DNA from: Hadesarchaea archaeon
GTDB taxonomy: Archaea; Hadarchaeota; Hadarchaeia; Hadarchaeales; Hadarchaeaceae
Length of the DNA: 64,000 nt
Direction of reading: 5' to 3'
NCBI GenBank assembly: GCA_029259175.1
Contig: JAPDJH010000002.1
Coordinates: 18,733 to 82,732 of the forward strand
Part shown: in pieces, positions 53,590-62,987 of the stretch
Layout: every line of letters begins with the position of its first letter
Position numbering within the stretch: position 1 is the first letter of the stretch
Notes under the pieces: generated by a model
Databases searched by the model: none
The model's input: the letters and a program-made list of their open reading frames with translations, nothing else
Told to the model about the DNA's origin: nothing
Program-made: the position numbers and the translations under genes

Positions 53590-56043
53590 TTACGCTTGTT
53601 TTATTTCTGCGACTATCCTTCTCGCCGCTCTTTCTGGATTGCTGGTGTTGTATATCGCGCTCCCGGCTATACAGATATCTGCACCGGCCCTCACAACCTC
53701 TTTTGCCACACCCTCTTTGATGCCGCCAGCGACGGCCAGCAGGAAGGGCCGGCACCGCTTTTTCGCTTCAGCGATGAGCGTGGTAGAATCGTAGATCCCT
53801 CTCCCCCTGAGTTGCTCGCTTATTCCTCGGTGCAGGCAGAATATCACGTGGTTTTCCCTTCCCTCAAATTGTCTGGCGAGTTCTTCTATCAAGGCGATCG
53901 GGTCGGGACAATCGATGAAGTCGATGAGTATCGCTCTGTTCCACCTGATCGCCTCGCTGAGAGCTTCGAATATTTTGGTTCGTCCTCCGATGCCTAGAAC
54001 GGCCGCTATGTCGGCTCCGGCCCTGAACGCGATCTTGGCCTCCAGATTTCCAACATCCATGGTTTTCAGATCCGCGACTATCAGCGCGTCTGGAGCCACC
54101 TTGCGGAGTTCTGGAATCAGACGATCGGTTCCGTGGCGTTTGAGGGCGGGCGTTCCCGCTTCAACGATTTGAGCTCCGCCGCGATAAGCCGCGCGTGCTA
54201 TCCTGACCACGGTTTTCAAATCCGCGTCTAGATCGAGGGCCACCTGAAGCGCCGGGCATCTGAGACGTTCGATTGGAGTGATCCCCACCGGAATCTCTTT
54301 TGCCCGCTTGGGTGTCTTTAACTTGAGCATTCTGCTCGGCACACCTCTCTTGCCCCATCCTCTGAGCTTGTAGTATCTTTGAAGCATTTGAGTGAGATCG
54401 AGCCCGAACTCCGCGGGTAGACGATCTTGGGCTGGTTCGAATCCCTCTCGCACGTTGAATCTCCGCTCTACGTCGTAGATACGCGCTCCCACCTCTCTCA
54501 GGTGTTTTTCCGTCCACATGACTCCAGTCAAAGCAGTGAGGAGCTCCGCGAAATCGTAGAGTTCGAAGTCCAAGGTGGAGAAGAGCGCCAGCGAATGATA
54601 TTTGCACACGACCAGAGAATCGTAAACTGCCGACGCGTCTTGCAGTCGCTTCACCAGCTCGGGCTTGCCGTCTTCCGTTTGTGGATCCACGAACTCCGGA
54701 TGGCCTAGAATCTCGGGGTCTATCGTGTACGCCCGCAGATGACATCCGCCGCGATTCGAAGTGGCGTAGGCGAGCGCTATTCCCTTTGCACCGCGGGGGT
54801 CATAAGCCGGGAGTTCTAGCTTTTTGCAATGAGGAACGAAGACCTTCAGCTTGAGCTTCTTTGCTGCTGCGACGGTTCCGAGAGAAAACGGAGACTTGCC
54901 GCGCCCGATGTCGTTCACCAGCCGAACCGCATCTTCAAAATTTCTGCAAATTCCAGCCTTCCTCGCCACTCCGAGCGCAACACCCATCGATATGGTGTCG
55001 AGCCCCAGTTCATCGCAGATGGCGCTGAGCTTGGCAATCTGCTGGTAATCGAAGAAGCCGGCGTTGGGCCCAAGCATGACGATGCTTTCATATTCCGGTC
55101 CCTTTCCTTCCCAATTCTTGACCCGCACCCAGCGCCCGCAGCCAGTGGGACAGCCGAAGCAGGCGATTTTTTTGACCAGGTATCGTTCGCGCACCGTTTC
55201 GCCTGAGAACGGATCCACATCTTCGAAGCTCAGTTCCTTTCCGGAAAAATTCCAGGCTGGCAGCAATCCGCCCGCTGTGATGCGGTGGACGAGCATCGCG
55301 GTTCCGAAGCGAGCCAGGGTGCCATCTGTTCCCGTTATCGGATTGGTTTCTATGACTTTTCGCACCCGAGTGAGAATTTTCTGAAATTCGGGTGGATGAG
55401 CCACAGGCACGCGCTTGGTACCCCGCACGACAACGGCTTTGAGGTTTTTGGAACCCATCACGGCTCCCCCTCCGCATCGCCCGGCCACCCCCATCCGCCC
55501 TTCCCGGTTTCCCGTGACTACACACGCCATTCGGGCTAGGTTTTCACCTGCTGGTCCAATGGTTGCGATAGAGAACTGCGGGTAACGGTCAAGCAGCTCC
55601 TCGATGGTCTCCAAAGTCGACTTGCCCCAGAGTTCCGTGGCGTCGTGTAGGGTGACTTTGTCGTCATCGATTTCAATATAGACCGGTTTTTTGCTTCTTC
55701 CCTGAACGATCAGCCCGTCGAAACCCGCCCGTTTGAGCCAAGCTCCGAAGAAGCCGCCCATGGACGAATCAGCTATGGTACCCGTTAGCGGGGACTTGAA
55801 AACCACAGCTGTTCGTCCGCTTCCGGGAAAGGGTGTTCCGGTCAGCGGGCCCGTCATGAAAATCAAGCGATTAGCGGGTCCGAGTGGACCGGTTCCTCGT
55901 TTTAGCTCACGGTAAAGAATCCATGCGCCGTACCCTCTGCCACCCAAAAAATTGAACGCGATTTTCGGATCGAGCAGTTCCGTGTTTATGGTTCCTGAAT
56001 TCAAATCCACTCTCAGGAGTTTCCCGGCATAGCCACCCTTCAT
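53590..56043 (-). CDS. Fusion protein: aldehyde:ferredoxin oxidoreductase (AOR) family domain + 3-hexulose-6-phosphate synthase-like (OMPDC-fold) domain
   Basis: Residues 1 to about 600 have YAGKLLRVDLNSG, IGPAGENL, GSKNLKAVVV, CFGCPTGCGRW, GLDTIS and NRGGCHLRAY. Residues about 610-817 have LQVALDL, VEAGTP, ADLKTMDVG, AVAGGI and IAGSAIY. It is a single uninterrupted frame. Confidence 0.9.
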   Translation of the reverse strand: MKGGYAGKLLRVDLNSGTINTELLDPKIAFNFLGGRGYGAWILYRELKRGTGPLGPANRLIFMTGPLTGTPFPGSGRTAVVFKSPLTGTIADSSMGGFFGAWLKRAGFDGLIVQGRSKKPVYIEIDDDKVTLHDATELWGKSTLETIEELLDRYPQFSIATIGPAGENLARMACVVTGNREGRMGVAGRCGGGAVMGSKNLKAVVVRGTKRVPVAHPPEFQKILTRVRKVIETNPITGTDGTLARFGTAMLVHRITAGGLLPAWNFSGKELSFEDVDPFSGETVRERYLVKKIACFGCPTGCGRWVRVKNWEGKGPEYESIVMLGPNAGFFDYQQIAKLSAICDELGLDTISMGVALGVARKAGICRNFEDAVRLVNDIGRGKSPFSLGTVAAAKKLKLKVFVPHCKKLELPAYDPRGAKGIALAYATSNRGGCHLRAYTIDPEILGHPEFVDPQTEDGKPELVKRLQDASAVYDSLVVCKYHSLALFSTLDFELYDFAELLTALTGVMWTEKHLREVGARIYDVERRFNVREGFEPAQDRLPAEFGLDLTQMLQRYYKLRGWGKRGVPSRMLKLKTPKRAKEIPVGITPIERLRCPALQVALDLDADLKTVVRIARAAYRGGAQIVEAGTPALKRHGTDRLIPELRKVAPDALIVADLKTMDVGNLEAKIAFRAGADIAAVLGIGGRTKIFEALSEAIRWNRAILIDFIDCPDPIALIEELARQFEGRENHVIFCLHRGISEQLRGRGIYDSTTLIAEAKKRCRPFLLAVAGGIKEGVAKEVVRAGADICIAGSAIYNTSNPERAARRIVAEIKQA

Positions 56044-56110
56044 TTAACCATATGGTTATCACCGTTATCTAAAAAGACATTTGCAGACGGAGTAGTGTTG
56101 GTGGCCAGCA

Positions 56111-57211
56111 GTGGAGGAATTTTTGAGAAAAGCGCGAGTTCTTCTTCGCGAAACCAAGCGGGTGTTCGCTGATTGCGCGACCAAGAGTGGCGGGATCCTG
56201 GCAGCCAATCCAGCCAAGCCGTATTATCCGAGAGGGGCTGCGAACTACGGGTATGTGTGGGTACGGGACGCGTCTTTTGTTTGTGTCGCTGCGGACGTGT
56301 TGGAGTTGGGAATTCAGGAAAAGTTCTTTGAGTGGTGCATGCGGGCTGAGCGCTTTCCGGGAACCACACTCTTTTGTCGCCGCTATCACCCGGATGGAAC
56401 GGCTCTGGCCGCGGGCGAGGGCCTCGGAGGCGAAATCGAGAACCAGCTCCAGCCGGATCAGGCGGGGGCCCTGTTGTGGGCGCTGTGGCACCACTTCAGG
56501 GAGGATCCGTCAGAGGCGAGGGACTTCCGGCCGCTGATTCGCGAAGTTGCGGATGGGTTGTGCGAACTCTGGAAAAAGAACAGGTTTGACATGGTGGTGT
56601 TCGATGTGTGGGAGGAGCAGGCTGCCTTTCCAGACCTCGATGAGTTTTTTTCTTACACACTCGCGGCCTGTGCTGGTGGTCTCAGATATGCAGGCGCTCT
56701 GTTTCCGAATCCGCGCTGGCAAAAAACAGCGGATCAAATGGTCTCGGTTTTAAGAAGAACTCCCGGAAAGCGGTTTTTCCGAAGTTATGGGCGGATACCC
56801 GATCCGGAGGTGGACGCCTCTCTGCTTGGGTTGGTGTTCCCGTTTGAGGTTTTCTCACATGCTCATCCGAAAATCCGAAGGACGATTGCCGATATCGAGA
56901 AGGAGCTAGTGATCGGCGGAGGGCTTCATCGCTACCCCGGCGATAGATACGATGGCTGGGTGTACGAGGGAAAGATGTTGAGGCAGAAGGGCGGGGGCGC
57001 GTGGCCGCTGCTCAACTTTTGGCTGAGCGTGTGCCACGCGCGGGCAGGGAACAAGAGGAGGGCTCTTCGGTATGCGCGGTGGGTGCTTCGGCGCGTGAAC
57101 AGACACATTCCGGAGCAGATTTTCCCTAATCGGTTGCAGGTTTCTCCATCTCCTCTGGCTTGGGCGCACGCCATGTTTGTGCTGGCCATGCGAGAACTCA
57201 GGATCGTGTGA
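56111..57211 (+). CDS. Glycoside hydrolase family 15-like (glucoamylase catalytic-domain-only) protein
   Basis: Has YGYVWVRDASF, QLQPDQAG, FDVWEE and LHRYPGDRYDG. Confidence 0.75.
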   Translation: MEEFLRKARVLLRETKRVFADCATKSGGILAANPAKPYYPRGAANYGYVWVRDASFVCVAADVLELGIQEKFFEWCMRAERFPGTTLFCRRYHPDGTALAAGEGLGGEIENQLQPDQAGALLWALWHHFREDPSEARDFRPLIREVADGLCELWKKNRFDMVVFDVWEEQAAFPDLDEFFSYTLAACAGGLRYAGALFPNPRWQKTADQMVSVLRRTPGKRFFRSYGRIPDPEVDASLLGLVFPFEVFSHAHPKIRRTIADIEKELVIGGGLHRYPGDRYDGWVYEGKMLRQKGGGAWPLLNFWLSVCHARAGNKRRALRYARWVLRRVNRHIPEQIFPNRLQVSPSPLAWAHAMFVLAMRELRIV

Positions 57212-57251
57212 GCGGAAAAAACTTATGAATGGTGCCAGAATTCTTTATCGG

Positions 57252-57329
57252 GCGGCAGTAGTCTAGCCTGGTCTAGGACACCAGCCTGCCACGCTGGTGG
57301 CGCGGGTTCGAATCCCGCCTGCCGCACCA
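57252..57329 (+). tRNA. tRNA-Gly (anticodon GCC), CCA encoded
   Basis: Hand-folded cloverleaf. The acceptor stem is GCGGCAG/CTGCCGC. The anticodon stem is CCAGC/GCTGG with loop CTGCCAC. The T arm is GCGGG-TTCGAAT-CCCGC. Discriminator A and CCA follow. Confidence 0.9.
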
Positions 57330-57476
57330 TTTTGGAAGAGAACGCAATTGAATCACAAAGTTTATTATTATGTGCACTCGATGCATCGAGTTGCTGGCAA
57401 CCAGTGACGAACTGCTTGAGGGGTTTCGACTAACAGGGGACTCCCAGCCTCCAGTTGTGCTTGTTCATCTCCTCTC

Positions 57477-58157
57477 TTACCACTCCCATCGAATCACGTA
57501 CTGATAGCGCCGAGATTTCAACCTCCGCCACACAGGATAGATCAGCAACACACCCGCTATGAAACCTCCAACGTGCGCCAAGTAGGCAACCCCCGATTGA
57601 ACTCCGAGCACCCACGTGAACGACGCAGAGAGCACCTGAAGCACAAACCAGAAACCGATGAGAAACAGCGCCGGGACTGCCACAATCTGAATGATGTAGA
57701 AAAACACCACGGCGGTGTGGACCCGAGCCCATGGATATAGAATCAGATACGCCCCTAGCACCCCCGAAATCGCTCCAGAAGCTCCTATGGTGGGGATCTG
57801 GGAACTCGGGTTCGCGATCGCGTGTACCAAGCTCGCCGCCAGTCCACACACCACATAAAACAGAATGAATCTGCGCTTGCCCAACACATCCTCCACATTA
57901 TCCCCAAAGATCCACAGGTACCACATGTTGCCTACCACGTGCAGAATCCCGCCGTGCAGAAACATGGAGGTGAGGAGCGTGTGCAGCTCCCTCCCCGCCA
58001 GGATTTCCCGGGGACGCATCCCGTAGAGGTTCACGAGTTCGTCTAGCCGTCCCGCCAGCCAGCTCCCGAAAAATATTCCGAGGTTGATCGCAATCAGAGC
58101 GGCGGTCACCACGGGCCGGCTCCGGGTGGGGTTTTCATCCTTCAGCGGGAACACCAA
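57477..58157 (-). CDS. Rhomboid-family intramembrane serine protease
   Basis: Has FLHGGILHVVGNMWYLWIFG, GASGAISGVLGAY and AHVGGFIAG. Confidence 0.9.
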   Translation of the reverse strand: MVFPLKDENPTRSRPVVTAALIAINLGIFFGSWLAGRLDELVNLYGMRPREILAGRELHTLLTSMFLHGGILHVVGNMWYLWIFGDNVEDVLGKRRFILFYVVCGLAASLVHAIANPSSQIPTIGASGAISGVLGAYLILYPWARVHTAVVFFYIIQIVAVPALFLIGFWFVLQVLSASFTWVLGVQSGVAYLAHVGGFIAGVLLIYPVWRRLKSRRYQYVIRWEW

Positions 58158-58321
58158 GTCACCTCGATTGCTTTCTTCCGGCTTCTAGCTGGGTCTTTCC
58201 CTCGAGCATCTGAGGGGGCAAGAACCCCTGCTGATTGGAGAGTCCTTGTTCCTGCACGGTCACAGCCCCAGCTTCTCCACAACACTTCGCTCACGATAAA
58301 TAATATCATAACTGAGGAGTA

Positions 58322-58993
58322 GTGATGCTTCACCTCGTTCTGGCCGACTCGGAACTGGAACAGGTCCCTGCTGAGATCGCTACGCACAAGGTGATTCGCT
58401 ATCTGGCGAGAAAACGCGGGCGCAAGCCAACCGAGCTTATTTTGAACTCGAGCCGGCATCACCCTGCCATGCGCAAGCTGCCGCAGGCCGAGCGGCGCGG
58501 CCGTCCGGATATCGCTCACTTCGCCCTTCTGCAGGCGCTCGACTCTCCGGCCAATCTGGTGGGGGAGCTCCGGGTTTACGTTCACACACGCCACAACCGA
58601 GTGATTCGAGTAGATCCCCGCACCAGACTGCCACGGGCGTATGAGCGCTTTGAGGGTCTGATGGAACAGCTTTTCCTGACAGGAGCCGTACCGCCGGACA
58701 ACCCCTTGTTGCTCCTAGAGGCGAAGACGTTAGAACAACTGGTTCAGGAGATCGCTCCCGACCGCGTGGTGGCGATGGCGGAGAGGGGAAAGCGAAAAAA
58801 ACTCGCTGAGCTGTTTACAAGAGCTGACTCAAACGTGTGTGTGGTTATTGGCGGATTTTCGCACGGAGATTTTCTGTCTCCTGTGAACCGGATCGCCGAC
58901 GAACTCGTAAGCCTGTTTCCGCAGCCACTCACGGCCCCGCTGGTTGTTTCTAGGGTCCTTTCTGCGTATGAGCAGGCCAAGGGGATTCTATGA
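58322..58993 (+). CDS. nep1: rRNA small-subunit pseudouridine methyltransferase Nep1
   Basis: Has LVLADSELE, RGRPDIAHFALL and VVIGGFSHGDF. Confidence 0.85.
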   Translation: MMLHLVLADSELEQVPAEIATHKVIRYLARKRGRKPTELILNSSRHHPAMRKLPQAERRGRPDIAHFALLQALDSPANLVGELRVYVHTRHNRVIRVDPRTRLPRAYERFEGLMEQLFLTGAVPPDNPLLLLEAKTLEQLVQEIAPDRVVAMAERGKRKKLAELFTRADSNVCVVIGGFSHGDFLSPVNRIADELVSLFPQPLTAPLVVSRVLSAYEQAKGIL

Positions 58994-59298
58994 GTCGCAC
59001 ACGGCACCGAGCGAGGGAGAGAGCAATGGAGTGCGCGATAAAACTCCTAGATCTCGCTGACAAGAGGTGGTCATCGGACCCCTCGCTCTCGAGAAGATAC
59101 GTGGAGCTGGCTTGGAGGCTGAAGACCAAGTTCAACCTCCGTTTTTCCCGTGAAGTGAAGATGCACTTCTGCAAGCGGTGCTTTACCATCTGGCGCCCCG
59201 GTGAGACGTGCAGGGTGCGTATCCGTGACGGAGTGCTGACCGTGACCTGCCTGAATTGCAACCGCGTCTACCGGCTACCCCTTCCAGCAAAACGTTAA
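58990..59298 (+). CDS. rnp4: RNase P protein component 4 (Rpp21)
   Basis: Has FCKRC....CRVRI......VTCLNC, a zinc ribbon preceded by a helical region. Confidence 0.85.
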   Translation: MSRTRHRARERAMECAIKLLDLADKRWSSDPSLSRRYVELAWRLKTKFNLRFSREVKMHFCKRCFTIWRPGETCRVRIRDGVLTVTCLNCNRVYRLPLPAKR

Positions 59299-59325
59299 TA
59301 TCGGGTAAAAAGAGAGATTTAAAGC

Positions 59326-59754
59326 GTGTCGATGAAAGTGACAAGCGTCCCGGCTGACAAGCTCATCGGGCGTTTGAAGGAAGAACTAAAAAAATACAAG
59401 GAGCTAGAGCCCCCGCACTGGGCCCACTTCGTGAAAACGGGTGCGCACCGCGAACGCCCTCCGGATCAGCCCGATTGGTGGTACATCCGGGCTGCATCCA
59501 TGCTCCGCAGGCTGTATTTGGACGGCCCGGTAGGGGTCTCTCGGCTCCGCACATACTACGGGGGAAGGCAGAACCGAGGCCAAGCTCCTGAGCACTTTCG
59601 CAAGGGGAGCGGCAAGATAGTCCGCACTATCCTTCAACAGCTGGAGAAGGCGGGGCTAGTCATCAAGCTCGATAAGAAAGGACGGAAGCCAAGCAAAAAA
59701 GGAGTGGAACTGCTCGAGCGCTTGGCAAGCGAGGTGGGTGGTATAAGTGGATGA
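59326..59754 (+). CDS. rps19e: 30S ribosomal protein S19e
   Basis: PDWWYIRAASMLRRLYLDGPVGV..LR..YGG. Confidence 0.95.
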   Translation: MSMKVTSVPADKLIGRLKEELKKYKELEPPHWAHFVKTGAHRERPPDQPDWWYIRAASMLRRLYLDGPVGVSRLRTYYGGRQNRGQAPEHFRKGSGKIVRTILQQLEKAGLVIKLDKKGRKPSKKGVELLERLASEVGGISG

Positions 59755-60076
59755 AGCAGAACTCGAGGAGCTTAGGAGAAGAAAAATGCTGGAGCTCCAA
59801 GCAAGATTGCAAGAACAGCAGAGACAGGAAGAACTCCGCAGACAGTTGGAGTACCAGAAGCGTGCCGTGCTCCAGCAAATCTTGACACCTGAAGCACGCA
59901 GCAGACTTGCCAACATCCGGATGGCAAAGCCGGAATTTGCCGAACAACTGGAGCTGCAACTCTTGCAACTCGCACAGAGCGGCCGTATAACTTCGAAGAT
60001 CACCGATGAGCAACTGAAGAAGATTTTGGATCGGATAGTTTCCAGCCGCCGTGAAATAAGAATCAAGAGGTTGTGA
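59747..60076 (+). CDS. PDCD5-like dsDNA-binding protein
   Basis: ILTPEARSRLANIRMAKPEFAEQLELQLLQLAQSGRI. Confidence 0.85.
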   Translation: MDEAELEELRRRKMLELQARLQEQQRQEELRRQLEYQKRAVLQQILTPEARSRLANIRMAKPEFAEQLELQLLQLAQSGRITSKITDEQLKKILDRIVSSRREIRIKRL

Positions 60077-60077
60077 G

Positions 60078-60233
60078 ATGGCGCGGAACAAGCCGTTTCC
60101 CAAGAAAAAGAGGCTCATCAAAGCGGGCAGACGAACGAGACGCGCACCTATGTGGGTAATAGTAAAAACACGCGGCAAGATAAGGGCCAGCATGAAGCAG
60201 CGCCATTGGAGACGCCAGCGTATTAAGCCGTGA
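60078..60233 (+). CDS. rpl39e: 50S ribosomal protein L39e
   Basis: Below the ORF-track size cutoff. Hand translation gives MARNKPFPKKKRLIKAGRRTRRAPMWVIVKTRGKIRASMKQRHWRRQRIKP. Confidence 0.9.
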   Translation: MARNKPFPKKKRLIKAGRRTRRAPMWVIVKTRGKIRASMKQRHWRRQRIKP

Positions 60234-60244
60234 GGTGAACGACT

Positions 60245-60496
60245 GTGGTGGAGGAGCGCATTTACGTGGTGCCCCTACGCCGTGCAAAGCTGGCTGCCCG
60301 TTACAAGCGCACACCACGTGCGGTGCGCATTCTGCGCGAGTTCATAGCTAGGCACATGAAATCGGAGAACGTGAAAATCGATGCGGCCCTCAACCAGCAT
60401 CTCTGGGAGCGAGGAGCGAGGAAGCCTCCTTCTCGCGTTCGCGTTAAGGCCGTGAAACAAGACGATGGAACGGTTGTAGTTTCTTTAGCCGAATAG
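60245..60496 (+). CDS. rpl31e: 50S ribosomal protein L31e
   Basis: ERIYVVPLRRA......R.PRAVRILREFI..H. Confidence 0.95.
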   Translation: MVEERIYVVPLRRAKLAARYKRTPRAVRILREFIARHMKSENVKIDAALNQHLWERGARKPPSRVRVKAVKQDDGTVVVSLAE

Positions 60497-60504
60497 GTGT
60501 CTTC

Positions 60505-61155
60505 ATGCCAGTGCGTCGGATGGATTTCAATCGAATCCCGTTTATAGGAGCGTATTCCCTATGTACCGACAAGCTGTGTTTAATTCCCGAGCACGTTCAC
60601 TTACGCCCCGACAACACTCATGTTCTTGGCGTGCCCGTTATTCGGGCTTCCGTGTCCGATAGCCCTTTGCTCGGAATCTTGCTTGCTGGCAATTCCCAGT
60701 GTTTACTGTGCTCGGATCTTTTCGAAGTCCAGCTCCCATCCGATCTGGACGTGGACGTGGAATACCTGCCGGGAAAGCATACTGCGTTGGGCAACTTGGT
60801 ATTGGCCAACGACAAGGGAGCGATCGTCAGTCCAGAGCTCTCGTCCTCCGTGGTGCGTATGATCGCTGATGGTCTTGGAGTAGAAGTTGAGCGCGGCACC
60901 ATTGCGGGTCACTCCACCGTGGGTGCTGTTGCGGTCGTGACCAACCGCGGGGCGTTGCTTCACCCAGATGTGAGCGAGTCGGAGGCAAAGCTCGTGGAGG
61001 AAATCCTCAAGGTTCCGGTGGATGTGGGCACGGCATGCGGTGGCGTAAGCTTCTTAGGGCTGTGTGTGATTGCAAATTCGAATGGGGCTCTCACGGGCTC
61101 CACAACCACCGGACCCGAGCTGGGGAGGATTGAGAGTTCGTTGGACCTGGTGTGA
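60505..61155 (+). CDS. eif6: Translation initiation factor 6 (aIF6)
   Basis: Has repeated pentein-fold units and GNLVLANDKGAIVSP. Confidence 0.95.
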   Translation: MPVRRMDFNRIPFIGAYSLCTDKLCLIPEHVHLRPDNTHVLGVPVIRASVSDSPLLGILLAGNSQCLLCSDLFEVQLPSDLDVDVEYLPGKHTALGNLVLANDKGAIVSPELSSSVVRMIADGLGVEVERGTIAGHSTVGAVAVVTNRGALLHPDVSESEAKLVEEILKVPVDVGTACGGVSFLGLCVIANSNGALTGSTTTGPELGRIESSLDLV

Positions 61156-61164
61156 GGTGGGCGC

Positions 61165-61392
61165 ATGAAAAAAGTGTACAGAATTCGAGGATGGTTCAAG
61201 CAGGGATTGTGGAAACAGGTATTCACTAAAGAACTCGTGGCATTGAGTGAGCGGCAAGCCCTTGAGCGATTGTTGTCCGACGTGGGAAGCAAGCACAAGG
61301 TCAAACGCAACATGGTGCGAATCGAAGAAATCCGGGAGATCCGACCCGAGGAGGTTAAAGACCCTCGGGTCTTAAGGATGTTGGAGGCGTAA
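61165..61392 (+). CDS. rplX: 50S ribosomal protein LX (L18Ae/L20e)
   Basis: MKKVYRIRGWF.......F.KE..A.SE..A.E...S..GS.H. Confidence 0.85.
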   Translation: MKKVYRIRGWFKQGLWKQVFTKELVALSERQALERLLSDVGSKHKVKRNMVRIEEIREIRPEEVKDPRVLRMLEA

Positions 61393-61393
61393 C

Positions 61394-61828
61394 ATGGCGG
61401 AGAGATCGTCACAAGACAAACTCCAAAGCTTATTAACACAGATCGGAAGCTACAGAGAGCTCATTCGCGTGCTCCAGCAACAGATTTCGAACTTAGTCGA
61501 GGCCCGTTCGGAGCTGTCGATGACCCTGAATTTCCTCAAGAACATGCGCCAGCTCAAACCAGATACAGAAGTTTTAATTCCGGTGGGCTCGGGGGCCTTG
61601 GTTCCGGGACGGCTGACGACTGTTGAGAAAGTGCTCGTTGAAATCGGATCCGGAGTGGTAGTCGAGAAGAGCGCAGAGGAGGCCGTCCAAGTCATCGAGA
61701 ACCGGATAAAGGAGGTTGACGAAACGGTTGGCCGCTTGCAAAAGGACATCGCCGATATCCAAGAAAAAATAGAGGCAATCAGGCCTGAAGCCGAGCAGCT
61801 GATGAAGCAGCTAGAGAGGGAATCCTGA
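61394..61828 (+). CDS. pfdA: Prefoldin alpha subunit
   Basis: Coiled coil, then beta hairpins (LIPVGSGALV...VLVEIGSGVVVE), then coiled coil. Confidence 0.9.
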   Translation: MAERSSQDKLQSLLTQIGSYRELIRVLQQQISNLVEARSELSMTLNFLKNMRQLKPDTEVLIPVGSGALVPGRLTTVEKVLVEIGSGVVVEKSAEEAVQVIENRIKEVDETVGRLQKDIADIQEKIEAIRPEAEQLMKQLERES

Positions 61829-61830
61829 AA

Positions 61831-62985
61831 ATGTTTGGTGCACTTAAAAAGAAACTGAGCAAGTTCAAGGAGCGCATAGTCGAGGCTATAAGCAAAAGAG
61901 AAGCGGAGGAAGTCGTCGAGCCTGCTCCGCAGACGGTTCGCGGGGAGGAGAGAGAAGTTCCTCCGGCTCCCATTCCGCCTCCGAAACCGGAAAAAGAAGC
62001 GAAGATCCCAGAACAAAAAGTGGAGGGAACTGTTGCGGAGCAGACCACTCCTCAGCCCACCGAGGTGTTCTTGCCTTCTCCCGAAAAGCCCAAGCGAGTA
62101 GTCAAGCGAGCTATAAAGCGGTTACTTGTTAAGAGGCTTTCTCCGCAGGACGTGGACGACATCATGTGGGATCTCGAGGTGGCCCTGTTGGAAAGCGATG
62201 TGGCTCTCCCAGTGGCAAACCACATTCTCGAAAAAGTGAGGAGCGAACTCACGGCGAGAAAGATAAGCATCCGCGACGATCCCCGCAAGATCGCCGACGA
62301 GATTTTGCGCTCGGCTCTTCACGATGTTTTGACCCCAAGCTCGCGCGTGGACCTCCTCAGCGTGATCCGGTCCAAAAAATCGCGCAACGAACCAGCAGTT
62401 CTCGTGTTCGTAGGGATCAACGGACACGGCAAAACCACAACCATCGCCAAACTTGCCAAGTATTTGAAGGACCGTGGATTCAAAGTGGTGCTGGCAGCCG
62501 GAGACACCTTCAGAGCCGCCGCGATAGAGCAGCTCGAAATCCACGCACAGCGACTGAACGTTCCCCTCATTAAGCAGAAAAGAGGGGCCGACTCAGCCGC
62601 GGTGGCATATGACGCCATCGCTTTCGCCAAAGCTCGGGGATACGATGTGGTTCTGGTGGACACAGCTGGCCGTATGCAGACCAATAGGAACCTCATGGAC
62701 GAGATGCGAAAGATCGTCAGGGTTGCCAAGCCAGACTTGGTGTTGTTTGTTGGGGACGCGCTGACAGGGAATGACGCTGTCGAGCAGGCAAAGGCGTTCG
62801 ATGAGGCAGTGGGAATTCATGGGTCGATTCTCTGCAAGATGGACGCGGATGCCCGTGGCGGTGCGGCCCTTTCTATCTCATACGTGACGGGCAAGCCCAT
62901 CTTGTTCTTGGGAACTGGGCAGGGATATGACGACCTCGTGGAATTTAAACCCGAGTTAGTCATAAATTCATTACTGGGGGACTAG
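61831..62985 (+). CDS. ftsY: Signal recognition particle receptor FtsY
   Basis: Has VGINGHGKTTT, DTAGR, KMDADARGG and a charged N-terminal region. Confidence 0.95.
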   Translation: MFGALKKKLSKFKERIVEAISKREAEEVVEPAPQTVRGEEREVPPAPIPPPKPEKEAKIPEQKVEGTVAEQTTPQPTEVFLPSPEKPKRVVKRAIKRLLVKRLSPQDVDDIMWDLEVALLESDVALPVANHILEKVRSELTARKISIRDDPRKIADEILRSALHDVLTPSSRVDLLSVIRSKKSRNEPAVLVFVGINGHGKTTTIAKLAKYLKDRGFKVVLAAGDTFRAAAIEQLEIHAQRLNVPLIKQKRGADSAAVAYDAIAFAKARGYDVVLVDTAGRMQTNRNLMDEMRKIVRVAKPDLVLFVGDALTGNDAVEQAKAFDEAVGIHGSILCKMDADARGGAALSISYVTGKPILFLGTGQGYDDLVEFKPELVINSLLGD

Positions 62986-62987
62986 GC

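Noticed and set aside
57330-57476. Looked for an integrated element next to tRNA-Gly. I noted the 14-bp palindrome CTCGATGCATCGAG at 57377-57390 and a CTGG-CAA-CCAG hairpin.
   Set aside because: I found no duplicated tRNA 3' segment (att-like repeat), integrase or foreign-looking genes nearby. The hairpins are more simply read as terminator-like structures between the convergent tRNA and rhomboid genes.
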